Virus record (IMG/VR): IMGVR_UViG_3300037993_000169
Location: 1-53,821 of that record
Strand: one strand, 5' to 3'
DNA: 53,821 bases
From: a virus
Taxonomy: Duplodnaviria; Caudoviricetes
Shown: positions 1 through 8,432 of the stretch, piece after piece
How positions within the stretch are numbered: position 1 is the first letter of the stretch
Layout: each line of letters opens with the position of its first letter
The notes under the pieces: generated by a model
The model's input: only the letters and a program-made list of their open reading frames with translations
Database searches by the model: none
What the model was told of the DNA's origin: nothing
Program-made: the position numbers and the translations under genes

Positions 1-222
1 GTTCACGGCGCAGTTCGCGACGCAGTTCGCGGCGCAGTTGGCGACGCAGTTGGCGACGCAGTTGGCGACGCAGTTCACGACGCAGTTCACGGCGCAGTTG
101 GCGGCGCAGTTGGCGACGCAGTTGACGACGCAGTTCACGACGCAGTTGACGACGCAGTTCACGACGCAGTTGGCGGCGCAGTTGGCGGCGCAGTTGACGA
201 CGCAGTTGGCGGCGCAGTTGGA
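1..222 (+). repeat. 12-bp coding tandem repeat GCAGTT(G/C)(G/A)CG(A/G)C
   Basis: About 18 consecutive units are directly visible; the same repeat occurs at 53732-53821. Confidence 0.97.
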
Positions 223-918
223 ACAGCTATCGCTATCGCAAAAAAGGCCGGCGTAGGGCTCACCTGGCATTACTGGCTCGGTGGTCAATTTTGGGTCGGC
301 TACTGGTGGTATTTCGGTGTAGCGACCGTGAGCTTTTTCATGGATGTCTGCAAACTGAAACTGGCAAAGGATATTGTTGAGCGGGCCATCGCTTACAAGA
401 AGGTCTGCGAATCCGTCAACTACATTTGGCCGAACCGTGATTTCGTGATGGTCTGCGCCCGGCCCACAAAGATCAATAGAGATGAACAGGGGCGTCTCCA
501 CTCGACCGCCGAGAAGGCCATCGAGTATCCCGATGGATGGGGTCTCTACTGTGTCCATGGCGTTAGATTCGACAACGTTGCCCTGTGGCAGGCTGTCTGC
601 TCTGGTTCGCTTTCGGCACACGAGATTCTGGCTATCCGTAACGCGGAACAACGCCGGGTTGCCTATGAGATCATGGACAAGACGAAGATGGCGGCGCTCA
701 AGCCTGTTGTAGTGGACGAGGCGGCGGACTCCATGAGCGGCCCTCTCGGCATCGTGTCTTTTAATGTCGATGGGTTCAAGAAGCCCTTCCTTTATCTGCG
801 TTGCGTCTGCCCAAGCACCGGGCGGGAATATTACCTTGAAACTCGGCAGAAGACGTGTGCTGCGGCCGTAGCGGCAAGTTTCGGACTGAAGAAGGTGATG
901 TTTGAGAAAGAATGGTAA
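1..918 (+). CDS. 3' part of a DUF6745-like protein with an AV[G/R/H/D][D/G] tetrapeptide-repeat region; the gene starts at 53492 and wraps around the window end
   Basis: Frame 1 is open from base 1 to the TAA ending at 918 (VHGAVRDAVRGAVGD...WHYWLGGQFWVG...). C-terminal motifs RLHSTAEKAIEYPDGWGLYCVHGV, IRNAEQRRV and CPSTGREYYL are typical of DUF6745-type proteins. The ORF-track start at 328 is internal. Confidence 0.75.
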   Translation, partial: VHGAVRDAVRGAVGDAVGDAVGDAVHDAVHGAVGGAVGDAVDDAVHDAVDDAVHDAVGGAVGGAVDDAVGGAVGTAIAIAKKAGVGLTWHYWLGGQFWVGYWWYFGVATVSFFMDVCKLKLAKDIVERAIAYKKVCESVNYIWPNRDFVMVCARPTKINRDEQGRLHSTAEKAIEYPDGWGLYCVHGVRFDNVALWQAVCSGSLSAHEILAIRNAEQRRVAYEIMDKTKMAALKPVVVDEAADSMSGPLGIVSFNVDGFKKPFLYLRCVCPSTGREYYLETRQKTCAAAVAASFGLKKVMFEKEW

Positions 919-992
919 GTGACGGACTCCCCGTCACCCGGAAGGACGTCCTGCAGGACGGTGGGTTTTTCCTCGGCCCCACACCTTCCGGG
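919..992 (+). other. Structured intergenic element (hairpin plus three-way junction)
   Basis: GTGACGG/CCGTCAC (919-937). CCGGAAGG (938-945) pairs with CCTTCCGG (984-991) and encloses the stems CGTCC-TGCA-GGACG and GTGGG...CCCAC. Confidence 0.45.
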
Positions 993-1023
993 ACCTTACG
1001 AGGACTCACAGGAGGAAGTGACC

Positions 1024-1212
1024 ATGAAACTGTCTGGCGTCTGCAAGGCATCTGAACTGCGCGACCATATGGCCCGAGTTCTGATCGACATGTTGAATCC
1101 CTCTCCTGAAAAGAATGTTGACGAGTTTACCAGGAAGCGGGCCGAAAGGTGGGTAGAGCGGCGGGAACAGGTAAACAGAGAGGCGGCGGGGACGGTGGAC
1201 CATGGATTTTGA
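1024..1212 (+). CDS. Hypothetical protein (62 aa)
   Basis: ATG at 1024 preceded by GGAGG; overlaps the next ORF. Confidence 0.55.
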   Translation: MKLSGVCKASELRDHMARVLIDMLNPSPEKNVDEFTRKRAERWVERREQVNREAAGTVDHGF

Positions 1213-1384
1213 AGCCGCAGTGGACGCATACCGCAAGGCCAAGGCGCCGTTCTTCAACTCTAACGAATTCAGGGAGGATGTCGCCCGGTGGTTTTTCGAG
1301 GCCGGGCGCAGATCGGAGCGGGAAGAGATAAGGCAGGAGGGCTTCACGCCGATAGAAACGGCTGCATTAAGGAGGATAGCATGA
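1202..1384 (+). CDS. Hypothetical protein (60 aa)
   Basis: Chained by overlaps to both neighbours; its stop overlaps the ATG at 1381 (ATGA). Confidence 0.55.
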   Translation: MDFEAAVDAYRKAKAPFFNSNEFREDVARWFFEAGRRSEREEIRQEGFTPIETAALRRIA

Positions 1385-3372
1385 AAGACATTCGTTTAGA
1401 CAAGCTCATTTTGAGGGATTTTCAGGGGGGCAATGATGTACTGGTCTGCGACGGACAGGACACGGACGTTTATGCGGCCAACGGGGTAGGAAAGACGCGC
1501 CTTGCATCGGCGGTCTCGTGGCTTCTGTTCGGAAAAGACAGCCTCGGTCGCAGCGACTTCGACATCAAGAACAAGGACGCTACGGGGCAGGAAGAGCACG
1601 GCCTTGAGCACAGCGTTGAGGGAGAACTGAGCACAGACGGCGACAGTATTACCCTGAAGAAAGTCTATCACGAGGTATGGACGAAGAAGCGGGGGGCCGC
1701 AAAAGAAGAGCTTACCGGGAATACAGTCGACCATTTTATTGACGGTGTGCCCGTTCAGGAGAAGGAATACAAGGCCCGCATCGCGGAACTTGCCGGGGAC
1801 GAGGGGATATTCAGGCTCATCACGAGTCCTACCGCTTTCCCGTCGCTTCACTGGCAGAAACAGCGCGAGCTGCTGCTCGCTGTCTGCGGCGACATGACGG
1901 ACGCCCAGGTGATCGCCTCAGATAACCGCCTTGCGCCTCTCTCCGGGATCCTCGGGAAGCACACGATCGACAATCACAGGAAGATTCTCGCGGCTCGCAA
2001 GGCAGAGATCAATAAGGAGATGCAGGGTATCCCCCCAAGGATAGATGAAGTCCGTCGCATGATGCCGGATGTCACGGGCCTCGACCGGGGAATGCTCTCT
2101 GTCAGGATCGCGGGCATGGAAACGGCACTCAGCGACGCCCGGCTCCGCCTCTCCGGAGTGGATAACGGGAGCGCCGTCACCGACCTCATGAAGCAGGTCG
2201 CAGTAATAAACAACGACATCCAGGGCAAAGAGCTTTCCCACTATAACGCCGTAGGGAAGGACATCGCCCGGATCACCCAGCAGATCAATGAGATTGTGAG
2301 CAATAAAGAGGCGGCGGAGCGCAAAGCAAGGTCCGCGCGGGAAGAGGCGGACGGCAAGGAACACAGGATCCACGGCATGGCTGCAATCCTCGACGCACTC
2401 CGCGCACAGTGGATAGAGATTAACGCTGAGGCGTTTGAAGACGATACGTCTACCTCATGCCCCACGTGCGGTCAATCCTTGCCCCTTGATCGCGTCCAGG
2501 AGGCAAGAGACAAGGCGCGGAAGGGTTTCAATTACCGCAAGGCCGAGCGCCTGGCAGAGATCGACCAGAAGGGAAAGGGCCTGAAGGAAGAGAAGGAGCG
2601 CCTGCAGAAAGAGATCGATGCCCTCGGCGCGGTCGTCATGGCTCCGGAAAGTGGCTGGCATGAATCTGAGCTGCAGGAACTAAGAGACAAACGCGACATG
2701 ATGAAAGCCGCGGCAGAGAATTATTTTCAGGTGGACGGCTGGGCCCTCCTCGTCGGGCAGAAGGCCGGCCTTGAGGCCCGGATCACCGCCGAGCGGGAAG
2801 GAGTGAAAGAGGCCCGCGAAGTCGTACAGCAGGAAGTCGACAGCCTCGACGCGCAGCTGAAAGAGGCGCAGGCCCTCGTCAAAAGGTTCACGGACCGGGA
2901 AGCCGGGGAGAAGCGGATAGAAGAATTGAAGGCCGACGAGAAACGCCTTGCCGCGGAGTTTGAGAAGAGCGAGGCGGAGTTGCTCTTGTGCGACTTGTTT
3001 GTGAAGACGAAAGTGGCGCTACTCACGGATAGGATCAATTCCAAGTTTGAGTTTACGCGCTTCAAGCTCTTCAATGAACTCGTGAATGGCGGGATCGAGC
3101 CGTGCTGTGAGATCACGGTGGCGGGGATAGGCTACAATTCTGGGCTTAACAGCGCAGCGAGGACACAGGCCGGGTGCGACGTGATCCGGACCTTACAGGC
3201 TCACTACGGGCTGCGAGCGCCCGTCTTCATCGATAACCGGGAATCGTGCACGATTATCCCCGAGATGGGGTGTCAGGTCGTGAGCCTGTACGTGTCGCCG
3301 GAAGATAAGACCCTCCGCGTCGAGCCCGCCTCCCAGGCGCCCACGAGGAAGGCGGCGGGGCGGCTGATATGA
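1381..3372 (+). CDS. SMC/SbcC(Rad50)-like ATPase of the phage recombination module
   Basis: Walker A ANGVGKT, long coiled coils, central zinc hook CPTCGQ, signature-like LNSAAR and Walker B VFIDNRES. SD AAGGAGG precedes ATG 1381. Confidence 0.9.
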   Translation: MKDIRLDKLILRDFQGGNDVLVCDGQDTDVYAANGVGKTRLASAVSWLLFGKDSLGRSDFDIKNKDATGQEEHGLEHSVEGELSTDGDSITLKKVYHEVWTKKRGAAKEELTGNTVDHFIDGVPVQEKEYKARIAELAGDEGIFRLITSPTAFPSLHWQKQRELLLAVCGDMTDAQVIASDNRLAPLSGILGKHTIDNHRKILAARKAEINKEMQGIPPRIDEVRRMMPDVTGLDRGMLSVRIAGMETALSDARLRLSGVDNGSAVTDLMKQVAVINNDIQGKELSHYNAVGKDIARITQQINEIVSNKEAAERKARSAREEADGKEHRIHGMAAILDALRAQWIEINAEAFEDDTSTSCPTCGQSLPLDRVQEARDKARKGFNYRKAERLAEIDQKGKGLKEEKERLQKEIDALGAVVMAPESGWHESELQELRDKRDMMKAAAENYFQVDGWALLVGQKAGLEARITAEREGVKEAREVVQQEVDSLDAQLKEAQALVKRFTDREAGEKRIEELKADEKRLAAEFEKSEAELLLCDLFVKTKVALLTDRINSKFEFTRFKLFNELVNGGIEPCCEITVAGIGYNSGLNSAARTQAGCDVIRTLQAHYGLRAPVFIDNRESCTIIPEMGCQVVSLYVSPEDKTLRVEPASQAPTRKAAGRLI

Positions 3373-3674
3373 GCCATACACCGGGGCCATGGAGAGAAGG
3401 AAAGTGGGGCGGAAGTGTTGTAACAGATACCCCTCCAGACAGGATGGGATATGTATATGAGATTTTGTGGTACGGCGGCTACGTGATCTGTGAGAGCGCG
3501 AGCAGGACAGACATTTCCGTCATCTCGGCGGCCCCTGATCTTCTGGCGGCCTGTAAGGCATTTGTAAGAAAGGTCGATGAGGGAGAGGCGCGGGGCCTTA
3601 TGGCCTATAACGGACGGCTCATTATGGAGTCATATAACCAGATGAAAGCCTTTGTAGTATATACTTCATCCTGA
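3369..3674 (+). CDS. Conserved phage hypothetical protein (HTPGPW...ISAAPDLLAAC type)
   Basis: The MSHTPGPW start and AAPDLL motif are common in small early phage proteins; ATGA-coupled to the ATPase. Confidence 0.75.
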   Translation: MSHTPGPWREGKWGGSVVTDTPPDRMGYVYEILWYGGYVICESASRTDISVISAAPDLLAACKAFVRKVDEGEARGLMAYNGRLIMESYNQMKAFVVYTSS

Positions 3675-3727
3675 CAATGTACGGGATTTGGGAATGGAAA
3701 ATAAAAAAGAAAAGGAGGAACACGCAT

Positions 3728-3946
3728 ATGACGGGGGGACCACCTAATGACGTGTGCGTCTGTGGCCACGATAGAATGAATCACGCAGGGGACGGGGAGG
3801 GGTACTGCAGGAACACGGTGTGCGTGTGTACCAAAATGAAAGGTGATGTGGGAGTGAAAAGTGACGTGTCGCCGGAAGATAAGACCCTCCGCGTCGAGCC
3901 CGCCTCCCAGGCGCCCACGAGGAAGGCGGCGGGGCGGCTGATATGA
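3728..3946 (+). CDS. Small Cys/His-rich protein fused to the duplicated ATPase C-terminus
   Basis: SD AAGGAGG before ATG 3728; CVCGH...H...C...CVC motif; the last 26 residues are identical to the ATPase tail. Confidence 0.6.
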   Translation: MTGGPPNDVCVCGHDRMNHAGDGEGYCRNTVCVCTKMKGDVGVKSDVSPEDKTLRVEPASQAPTRKAAGRLI

Positions 3947-4173
3947 GAACACCAGAGGAGACGATAGCCAAGATCATTAAGGAAATGGACGGCAAAAGGC
4001 AAAACTGCATGGAGGCGGCGAAATCCTTTGCTCTGATGGCTCTTACCGGAAACCAGGGTGACAAAGAAGATAACGAAAACGATGCAAAGAGGCGGAAACA
4101 AGAGGCTGATTTGTGGGGGGAAGCAATCAGAGTCGTCGAATTCTGGACCACGGGACCAGGGAGGGAGCTATGA
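3943..4173 (+). CDS. Hypothetical protein (76 aa)
   Basis: ATGA-coupled on both sides. Confidence 0.65.
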   Translation: MRTPEETIAKIIKEMDGKRQNCMEAAKSFALMALTGNQGDKEDNENDAKRRKQEADLWGEAIRVVEFWTTGPGREL

Positions 4174-4526
4174 AGACTGTCAACATCTACAAGGCGCAGA
4201 CCATCGGGCAACAGATGACCGTTGAACCCCTTGTCATCAATATCTCTGAGGAGTTCCCGGATTTTAAGAGCATTGATGAACACGACGCGCTTTTTGAGAA
4301 AGAGGCGCTGATGTTGGCTGACGGTCTTCTCTCGACGCTTCCGGGCGGGACGATTGACCGGCTTGTTGCCGAATTGCTCAAGAGAAAGGCAACGTCGTTC
4401 GTCGTGCCCCTATTCGGTAGGGAAAACGGCAGCGAAAAACGCTACAGAGAGGCAACGCTATCCGATGAAGAACGACGGGGAATAGCAAAGGTGCTGATCG
4501 AAGAACTCGACAAAATGACCAAATAA
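4170..4526 (+). CDS. Hypothetical protein
   Basis: ATG 4170 after GGAGGGAG; overlaps the previous stop. Confidence 0.65.
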   Translation: MKTVNIYKAQTIGQQMTVEPLVINISEEFPDFKSIDEHDALFEKEALMLADGLLSTLPGGTIDRLVAELLKRKATSFVVPLFGRENGSEKRYREATLSDEERRGIAKVLIEELDKMTK

Positions 4527-4538
4527 AGGGAGGATACC

Positions 4539-5726
4539 ATGGAAGACAAACGAACCACCACGTACGCAAAGAAGGAACCAGGATCACCCGAACCGGGAAC
4601 CGCACTCGCAACGCAGTCAGACGGCTTTCTCGACACTTTTACTAAGGCCGTCATCGTGCAATTCAACAGCGTCAGCACTGAAGTCGCCTTCTCGCCTTAT
4701 CAGAAGCGCCTCGCGCAGCATCTCTTTATCAAGATCGATGCGAGCCTTAAAGACCTGGAAGTCAAGAGGATGAACACCCCGGCGAAGCAGGGCAACACGC
4801 CCATCACCTGGGAAAACATCAACATGGAAAAGCTCGCGGTCGACGCCGTGGACCGGATAGACTTGGGCCTCGATGCGCTCATTCCCAATCATATCCATGT
4901 CATCCCCTATTTCAACGGCCGCAAAAAGAAATACGACCTGGATCTCCGAGTCGGCTATGCAGGGAAGGACTACTATTACCGGCAAATGGCCGTAGAGACG
5001 CCGGAGGACGTTGTTTACGAGCTGGTCTACGAGAGGGACAAGTTCATCCCGAAAAAGAAGTCCATCCACAACAAAGTCGAGTCCTACGAGTACGAGATCG
5101 AGCAGCCTTTTAAGCGCGGCGCGGTCGTCGGTGGCTTTGGGTACATCATGTACAGAAATCCTGAGAAGAACAAGCTCATCCTCGTGAGCGCGGACGATTT
5201 CGATGCGTCGGCGGCGAAGGGTAACGCGACGTTCTGGAAGGACTACCCGAAGCAAATGAAATGGAAGAAGGTCGTCACGGCCACTGTTACCAAGCTGCCC
5301 CTCGACCCTCAGAAGATCAGCAGGGCCTTCCTTGCCGTCGAGGCCCAGGAAGACGCGATGGACGCCGCGATAGTGGGCGCGGAGATAGAAGAGAAGGCGA
5401 ACCGGGGACCGGTCATCGACATAACCGAGGGGCAGCAAGCCCTCACCCAGGAGAACGGAGTAGGCGCCGCCCCCGAGTCCGACCCGGGCCCCGAGCAGCC
5501 CGACGCTCCTGCGGACAAGGAGGCCGTCAAGGCCCTTTCCTTCGACGAGATCGCCAGCCGCCTGAAAGCCGCGAAGAGCATACCGGAACTCACCGAGGTC
5601 GGCAAGCTCATCGACGGCCCCGAAGGTACAAGCCTGTCCGCGGATGAGGTTCGGGCGCTGAAGGAGCTCGGTGCCAAAATCCTCGAAGACGGGAAGAAAC
5701 GCGCGCCGCGCGGGCCGGCGTGGTAG
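4539..5726 (+). CDS. recT: RecT-family single-strand annealing protein
   Basis: LGLDALIPNHIHVIPYFN...LRVGYAGK, LVYERDKF, RGAVVGGFGYI and FWKDYPKQMKWKK follow RecT motifs; lies between the SMC-like ATPase and the MBL nuclease. Confidence 0.85.
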   Translation: MEDKRTTTYAKKEPGSPEPGTALATQSDGFLDTFTKAVIVQFNSVSTEVAFSPYQKRLAQHLFIKIDASLKDLEVKRMNTPAKQGNTPITWENINMEKLAVDAVDRIDLGLDALIPNHIHVIPYFNGRKKKYDLDLRVGYAGKDYYYRQMAVETPEDVVYELVYERDKFIPKKKSIHNKVESYEYEIEQPFKRGAVVGGFGYIMYRNPEKNKLILVSADDFDASAAKGNATFWKDYPKQMKWKKVVTATVTKLPLDPQKISRAFLAVEAQEDAMDAAIVGAEIEEKANRGPVIDITEGQQALTQENGVGAAPESDPGPEQPDAPADKEAVKALSFDEIASRLKAAKSIPELTEVGKLIDGPEGTSLSADEVRALKELGAKILEDGKKRAPRGPAW

Positions 5727-5728
5727 AG

Positions 5729-6478
5729 ATGATTCTTTTTACGCCCCTTGCTTCCGGCTCGTCCGGCAATTGCTACCACCTTTTCGACGGCCATACCCCG
5801 CTCATGATCGAGGTCGGTATTTCCTGGAAGAAGGTACGTGAAGCTCTGAATTTTAAGACGAGCGATATTGCTGGCATCATCGCAAGTCACGGCCACGGTG
5901 ATCACCTTGGTCACGCGAAAGAGGCCATGAAGGCGGGGATAGACGTTTACTGCGGGCAACAGGCAGCCGACATGCAGCGTTTAGAGGGGTATCTCCTGCA
6001 CATCATAAAGGCGGGAGATTGCTTTAACATCGGCACATGGGCAATACGTGTTTTCGAGGCCGTTCATGATGTTGAGACTTTCGGGCTTCTTCTCGCAAGT
6101 GGCGACGAGCGTCTTCTTTATCTCACCGACAGCCAGTATAGCGAGTACCGCTTCTCTGGCTTGACACACATCATGGTTGAGGCAAATTACTGCCCCGATG
6201 TTCTGTCGGAAAACGTCGCAAGCGGCGCGGCGCATAACTTTGTGGCGAGACGTACGCGCCGCGGACACATGAGTATTGATACGGTCCTGGGGCTTCTAAG
6301 GGCAAACGATCTGAGACATTGTCGGGCAATATGGCTCTTGCATTTATCAGATCAGAACAGCGATGAGGCGAGGATGGTGCGGGAAGTTCAGGAGGCGACG
6401 GGCATTCCTTGCTATGGGGTAAGGCCGCTGACGCCATCCTTGCCCTCTTTTCTTCCCAGTTCTACACGGAGGAGGTGA
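5729..6478 (+). CDS. MBL-fold metallohydrolase (YycJ/WalJ-like exonuclease)
   Basis: LASGSSGNCY, SHGHGDH (HxHxDH), VHD, YLTD, VEANY, GHMS and LLHLS motifs. Confidence 0.92.
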   Translation: MILFTPLASGSSGNCYHLFDGHTPLMIEVGISWKKVREALNFKTSDIAGIIASHGHGDHLGHAKEAMKAGIDVYCGQQAADMQRLEGYLLHIIKAGDCFNIGTWAIRVFEAVHDVETFGLLLASGDERLLYLTDSQYSEYRFSGLTHIMVEANYCPDVLSENVASGAAHNFVARRTRRGHMSIDTVLGLLRANDLRHCRAIWLLHLSDQNSDEARMVREVQEATGIPCYGVRPLTPSLPSFLPSSTRRR

Positions 6479-6774
6479 TGGTGAAGAAAGCACAGGAGCG
6501 CATCGAGCGCGACACAGGAGGACTATTATATAGTATCAAGGGAAAAGTGAGGAATTTTGAAAATAATTGCAGGTTCGCAGAATTGCGTTGCGAGAGTAAG
6601 AAATTATTTTTCAGAGGGAGTGAAGTATATAATTCCCTAACGAAAGCCCTCATTGTCGAATATCTGGCTATCCTGGTCGCGTGCTGCTGCGAGAGGAATT
6701 GGGTGTGGGCTCTGTACTGGGTAGGGGCCTGCGCGCTCACTGGGGCGCTGCTGGTGATAAAGGTGAGGGCATGA
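6478..6774 (+). CDS. Hypothetical membrane protein, probably a mosaic containing an AT-rich insert
   Basis: SD GGAGGTG; hydrophobic C-terminus; the middle spans an AT-rich block ending in an IS-end-like 22-mer. Confidence 0.4.
   Translation: MVKKAQERIERDTGGLLYSIKGKVRNFENNCRFAELRCESKKLFFRGSEVYNSLTKALIVEYLAILVACCCERNWVWALYWVGACALTGALLVIKVRA
6616..6637. repeat. IS1595-end-like 22-mer GGGAGTGAAGTATATAATTCCC (second copy at 10226-10247, one mismatch)
   Basis: Two copies identical at 21/22 positions are visible. The IS1595 assignment is from recollection and from the transposase remnant at 9651. Confidence 0.6.
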
Positions 6775-7238
6775 CCCTCACCCGCCGATACGAGTGCAGC
6801 CATTACCCCGACTGCCTCACCCAAGCCGCTCTGGTCGATGCCAAGTTCTGGAGTTGTCAGAGCTGCGACGGTGCCCTTACACCCATGCTGGTTATGCCTG
6901 TGCCTTCCGGTGGGCGTCATCCTAGGCTGAGCCGACCAGTAAAGCCGCCCAAGGAGAAGATCGCGCGGCCTGCGAAGCCTGGGCCGAAAGAGAAGCCGGG
7001 TCCAAAACTCTGCGCCTGCGGATGCGGGGAGCCTATCCCGCCAGGGAGCTCCAAGTGGGCAACGGGAAAATGTCGGAGAAAGGCGCATACGGAGACCTAT
7101 TTCAGCCTGCATCGGGAAGAGCACAATAAGGGGCGCCGGGAGAAGCGGAGGGAGAAGCAAGAAGGGATAAAGCACGAGAAGAAGATCGACCGCTACGTCG
7201 AGCGGATGAAGGCCGTGTTGATGATTGAGGGGATATGA
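6771..7238 (+). CDS. Cys-rich, basic hypothetical protein (putative zinc-binding)
   Basis: CSHYPDC, CQSC and CACGCG...C motifs; Lys/Arg-rich C-terminus; ATGA coupling. Confidence 0.65.
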   Translation: MTLTRRYECSHYPDCLTQAALVDAKFWSCQSCDGALTPMLVMPVPSGGRHPRLSRPVKPPKEKIARPAKPGPKEKPGPKLCACGCGEPIPPGSSKWATGKCRRKAHTETYFSLHREEHNKGRREKRREKQEGIKHEKKIDRYVERMKAVLMIEGI

Positions 7239-7429
7239 GAAAAGCAGGCGTACAAATAAAACATAGGAGGACGGACTGGACGATGGAACGGCGGTTTGGT
7301 GTGAACGGGTAATCGTCTTTAATAATGATGAGTTGAGAGAGAATCTTTCATGTGATGTGGTAGGGATGAAGCGTAAGCTTGCGGGATTATAGATGAAAAT
7401 GCTGTCGTATGGTGCTTTGTTGAATTATC

Positions 7430-7582
7430 TTGACATACAGAAAAAGACTATGCAAAACTACGTGCTACGGGAGATGCTTTGGCAGGCAATCACTTAAAGA
7501 ATTCATTTGAGGCGCACGGGCGGAGGCAGACCCTTCCTGCCAAGGACTCCCTTCTGCCAAAACCCGTGACGTCTCTTTTTTT
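7430..7582 (+). promoter_or_regulatory. Sigma70-like promoter followed by an attenuator-like leader upstream of the replication initiator
   Basis: TTGACA at 7430 with TG-c-AAAACT downstream; long stem 7509-7575 followed by T7; TTGGCAG box (7479) complementary to two CTGCCAA boxes inside the stem. Confidence 0.5.
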
Positions 7583-7622
7583 CGGATTACTGAACTCGCG
7601 GTAAGGTACGGTATGGAACGGA

Positions 7623-8432
7623 TTGGCGCCTCCAAACGGATGGATTAAGCTTCACCGGAAAGTCTTAGAATCCGGCATTATCAAGAATCACAGGCTCTGG
7701 GCTTTTTGGTGCTGGTGCCTTCTGAAAGCTACTCACCACGAAATAGATCAGGTGGTCGGAAGTCAGATCGTTCACCTTCTCCCTGGACAGCTTATTTTCG
7801 GAAGAAAGGTCGCATCTATTGATCTCAACATGACGGAAAGGCAGGTCAGAACTTCGCTCAACTTCTGTCTGAATGTGGATCGGAATATGACCATCCAGCC
7901 GACCAACAAATTTTCTATCTTAACTATAGTAAATTGGGATACTTACCAACATATAGACGGAGAAACTGACCAGCAAACTGACCAGCAAACGACCAGCAAA
8001 CGACCAGCAAACGACCAGCAAACGACCACAAACAAGAATGTAAAGAAGGAAAAGAATGTAAAGAAAAAGACATCATCTCCTATCGGAGATGTCCCGTTCG
8101 AGGAGATAGTGAGCTACCTGAATTTACGGACGAGGAAGGAATATAGGCCGGAAGGGAAAATAATCCGGGGGCTCATCAGTGCACGATGGAACGAAGGTTT
8201 CAGGGTAGAGGAGTTTAAGAAGGTCATCGACAACCAGACAATAAAATGGCTCAACGATCCGAAGATGTGTGAGTTTCTAAGACCGGAGACCATTTTCAGT
8301 AATAAATTCGAATCCTATCTCAACGCAAAACCCAATGCCGCCCAGGCGGGTCTTATCAGCCCATCATCGCAGGGGATCATGGAGTGGGCAAGGCGAAAAC
8401 AGGAGGCAGCCGATGCAGAACAAGGACAGTGA
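7623..8432 (+). CDS. Phage replication initiator (lambda O-like organisation, conserved phage C-terminal domain)
   Basis: N-terminal GWIKLHRK...LLKATH...PGQLIFGR; C-terminal FKKVIDNQTIKWLNDPKMCEFLRPETIFSNKFESYLN; internal iterons. Confidence 0.88.
   Translation: MAPPNGWIKLHRKVLESGIIKNHRLWAFWCWCLLKATHHEIDQVVGSQIVHLLPGQLIFGRKVASIDLNMTERQVRTSLNFCLNVDRNMTIQPTNKFSILTIVNWDTYQHIDGETDQQTDQQTTSKRPANDQQTTTNKNVKKEKNVKKKTSSPIGDVPFEEIVSYLNLRTRKEYRPEGKIIRGLISARWNEGFRVEEFKKVIDNQTIKWLNDPKMCEFLRPETIFSNKFESYLNAKPNAAQAGLISPSSQGIMEWARRKQEAADAEQGQ
7963..8065 (+). repeat. Putative replication origin: six AAAC(T)GACCA(G)C iterons plus an A-rich AAGAATGTAAAGAA duplication
   Basis: 11-12-bp tandem units at 7963-8033 lie inside the initiator gene and are followed by an A-rich tract, as in lambdoid origins. 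Confidence 0.8.

Larger units (their letters stand above)
3290..3947 (+). repeat. 84-bp exact direct repeat (3290-3373 and 3864-3947) bracketing a two-ORF cassette
   Basis: ACGTGTCGCCGGAAGATAAG...GGCTGATATGAG occurs twice. Both the ATPase and ORF 3728-3946 end in VSPEDKTLRVEPASQAPTRKAAGRLI. Confidence 0.97.

Noticed and set aside
1-222. Possible CRISPR array or telomere-like repeat
   Set aside because: Units are 12 bp, contiguous, lack unique spacers and lie in an open reading frame; no cas genes are present.
38-256. ORF MATQLATQL... from the ORF track
   Set aside because: Alternative frame of the tandem repeat; frame 1 is the one continuous with the DUF6745-like domain.
3290-3947. Diversity-generating retroelement TR/VR pair
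   Set aside because: The copies are identical with no adenine-specific mismatches, and no reverse transcriptase is encoded.
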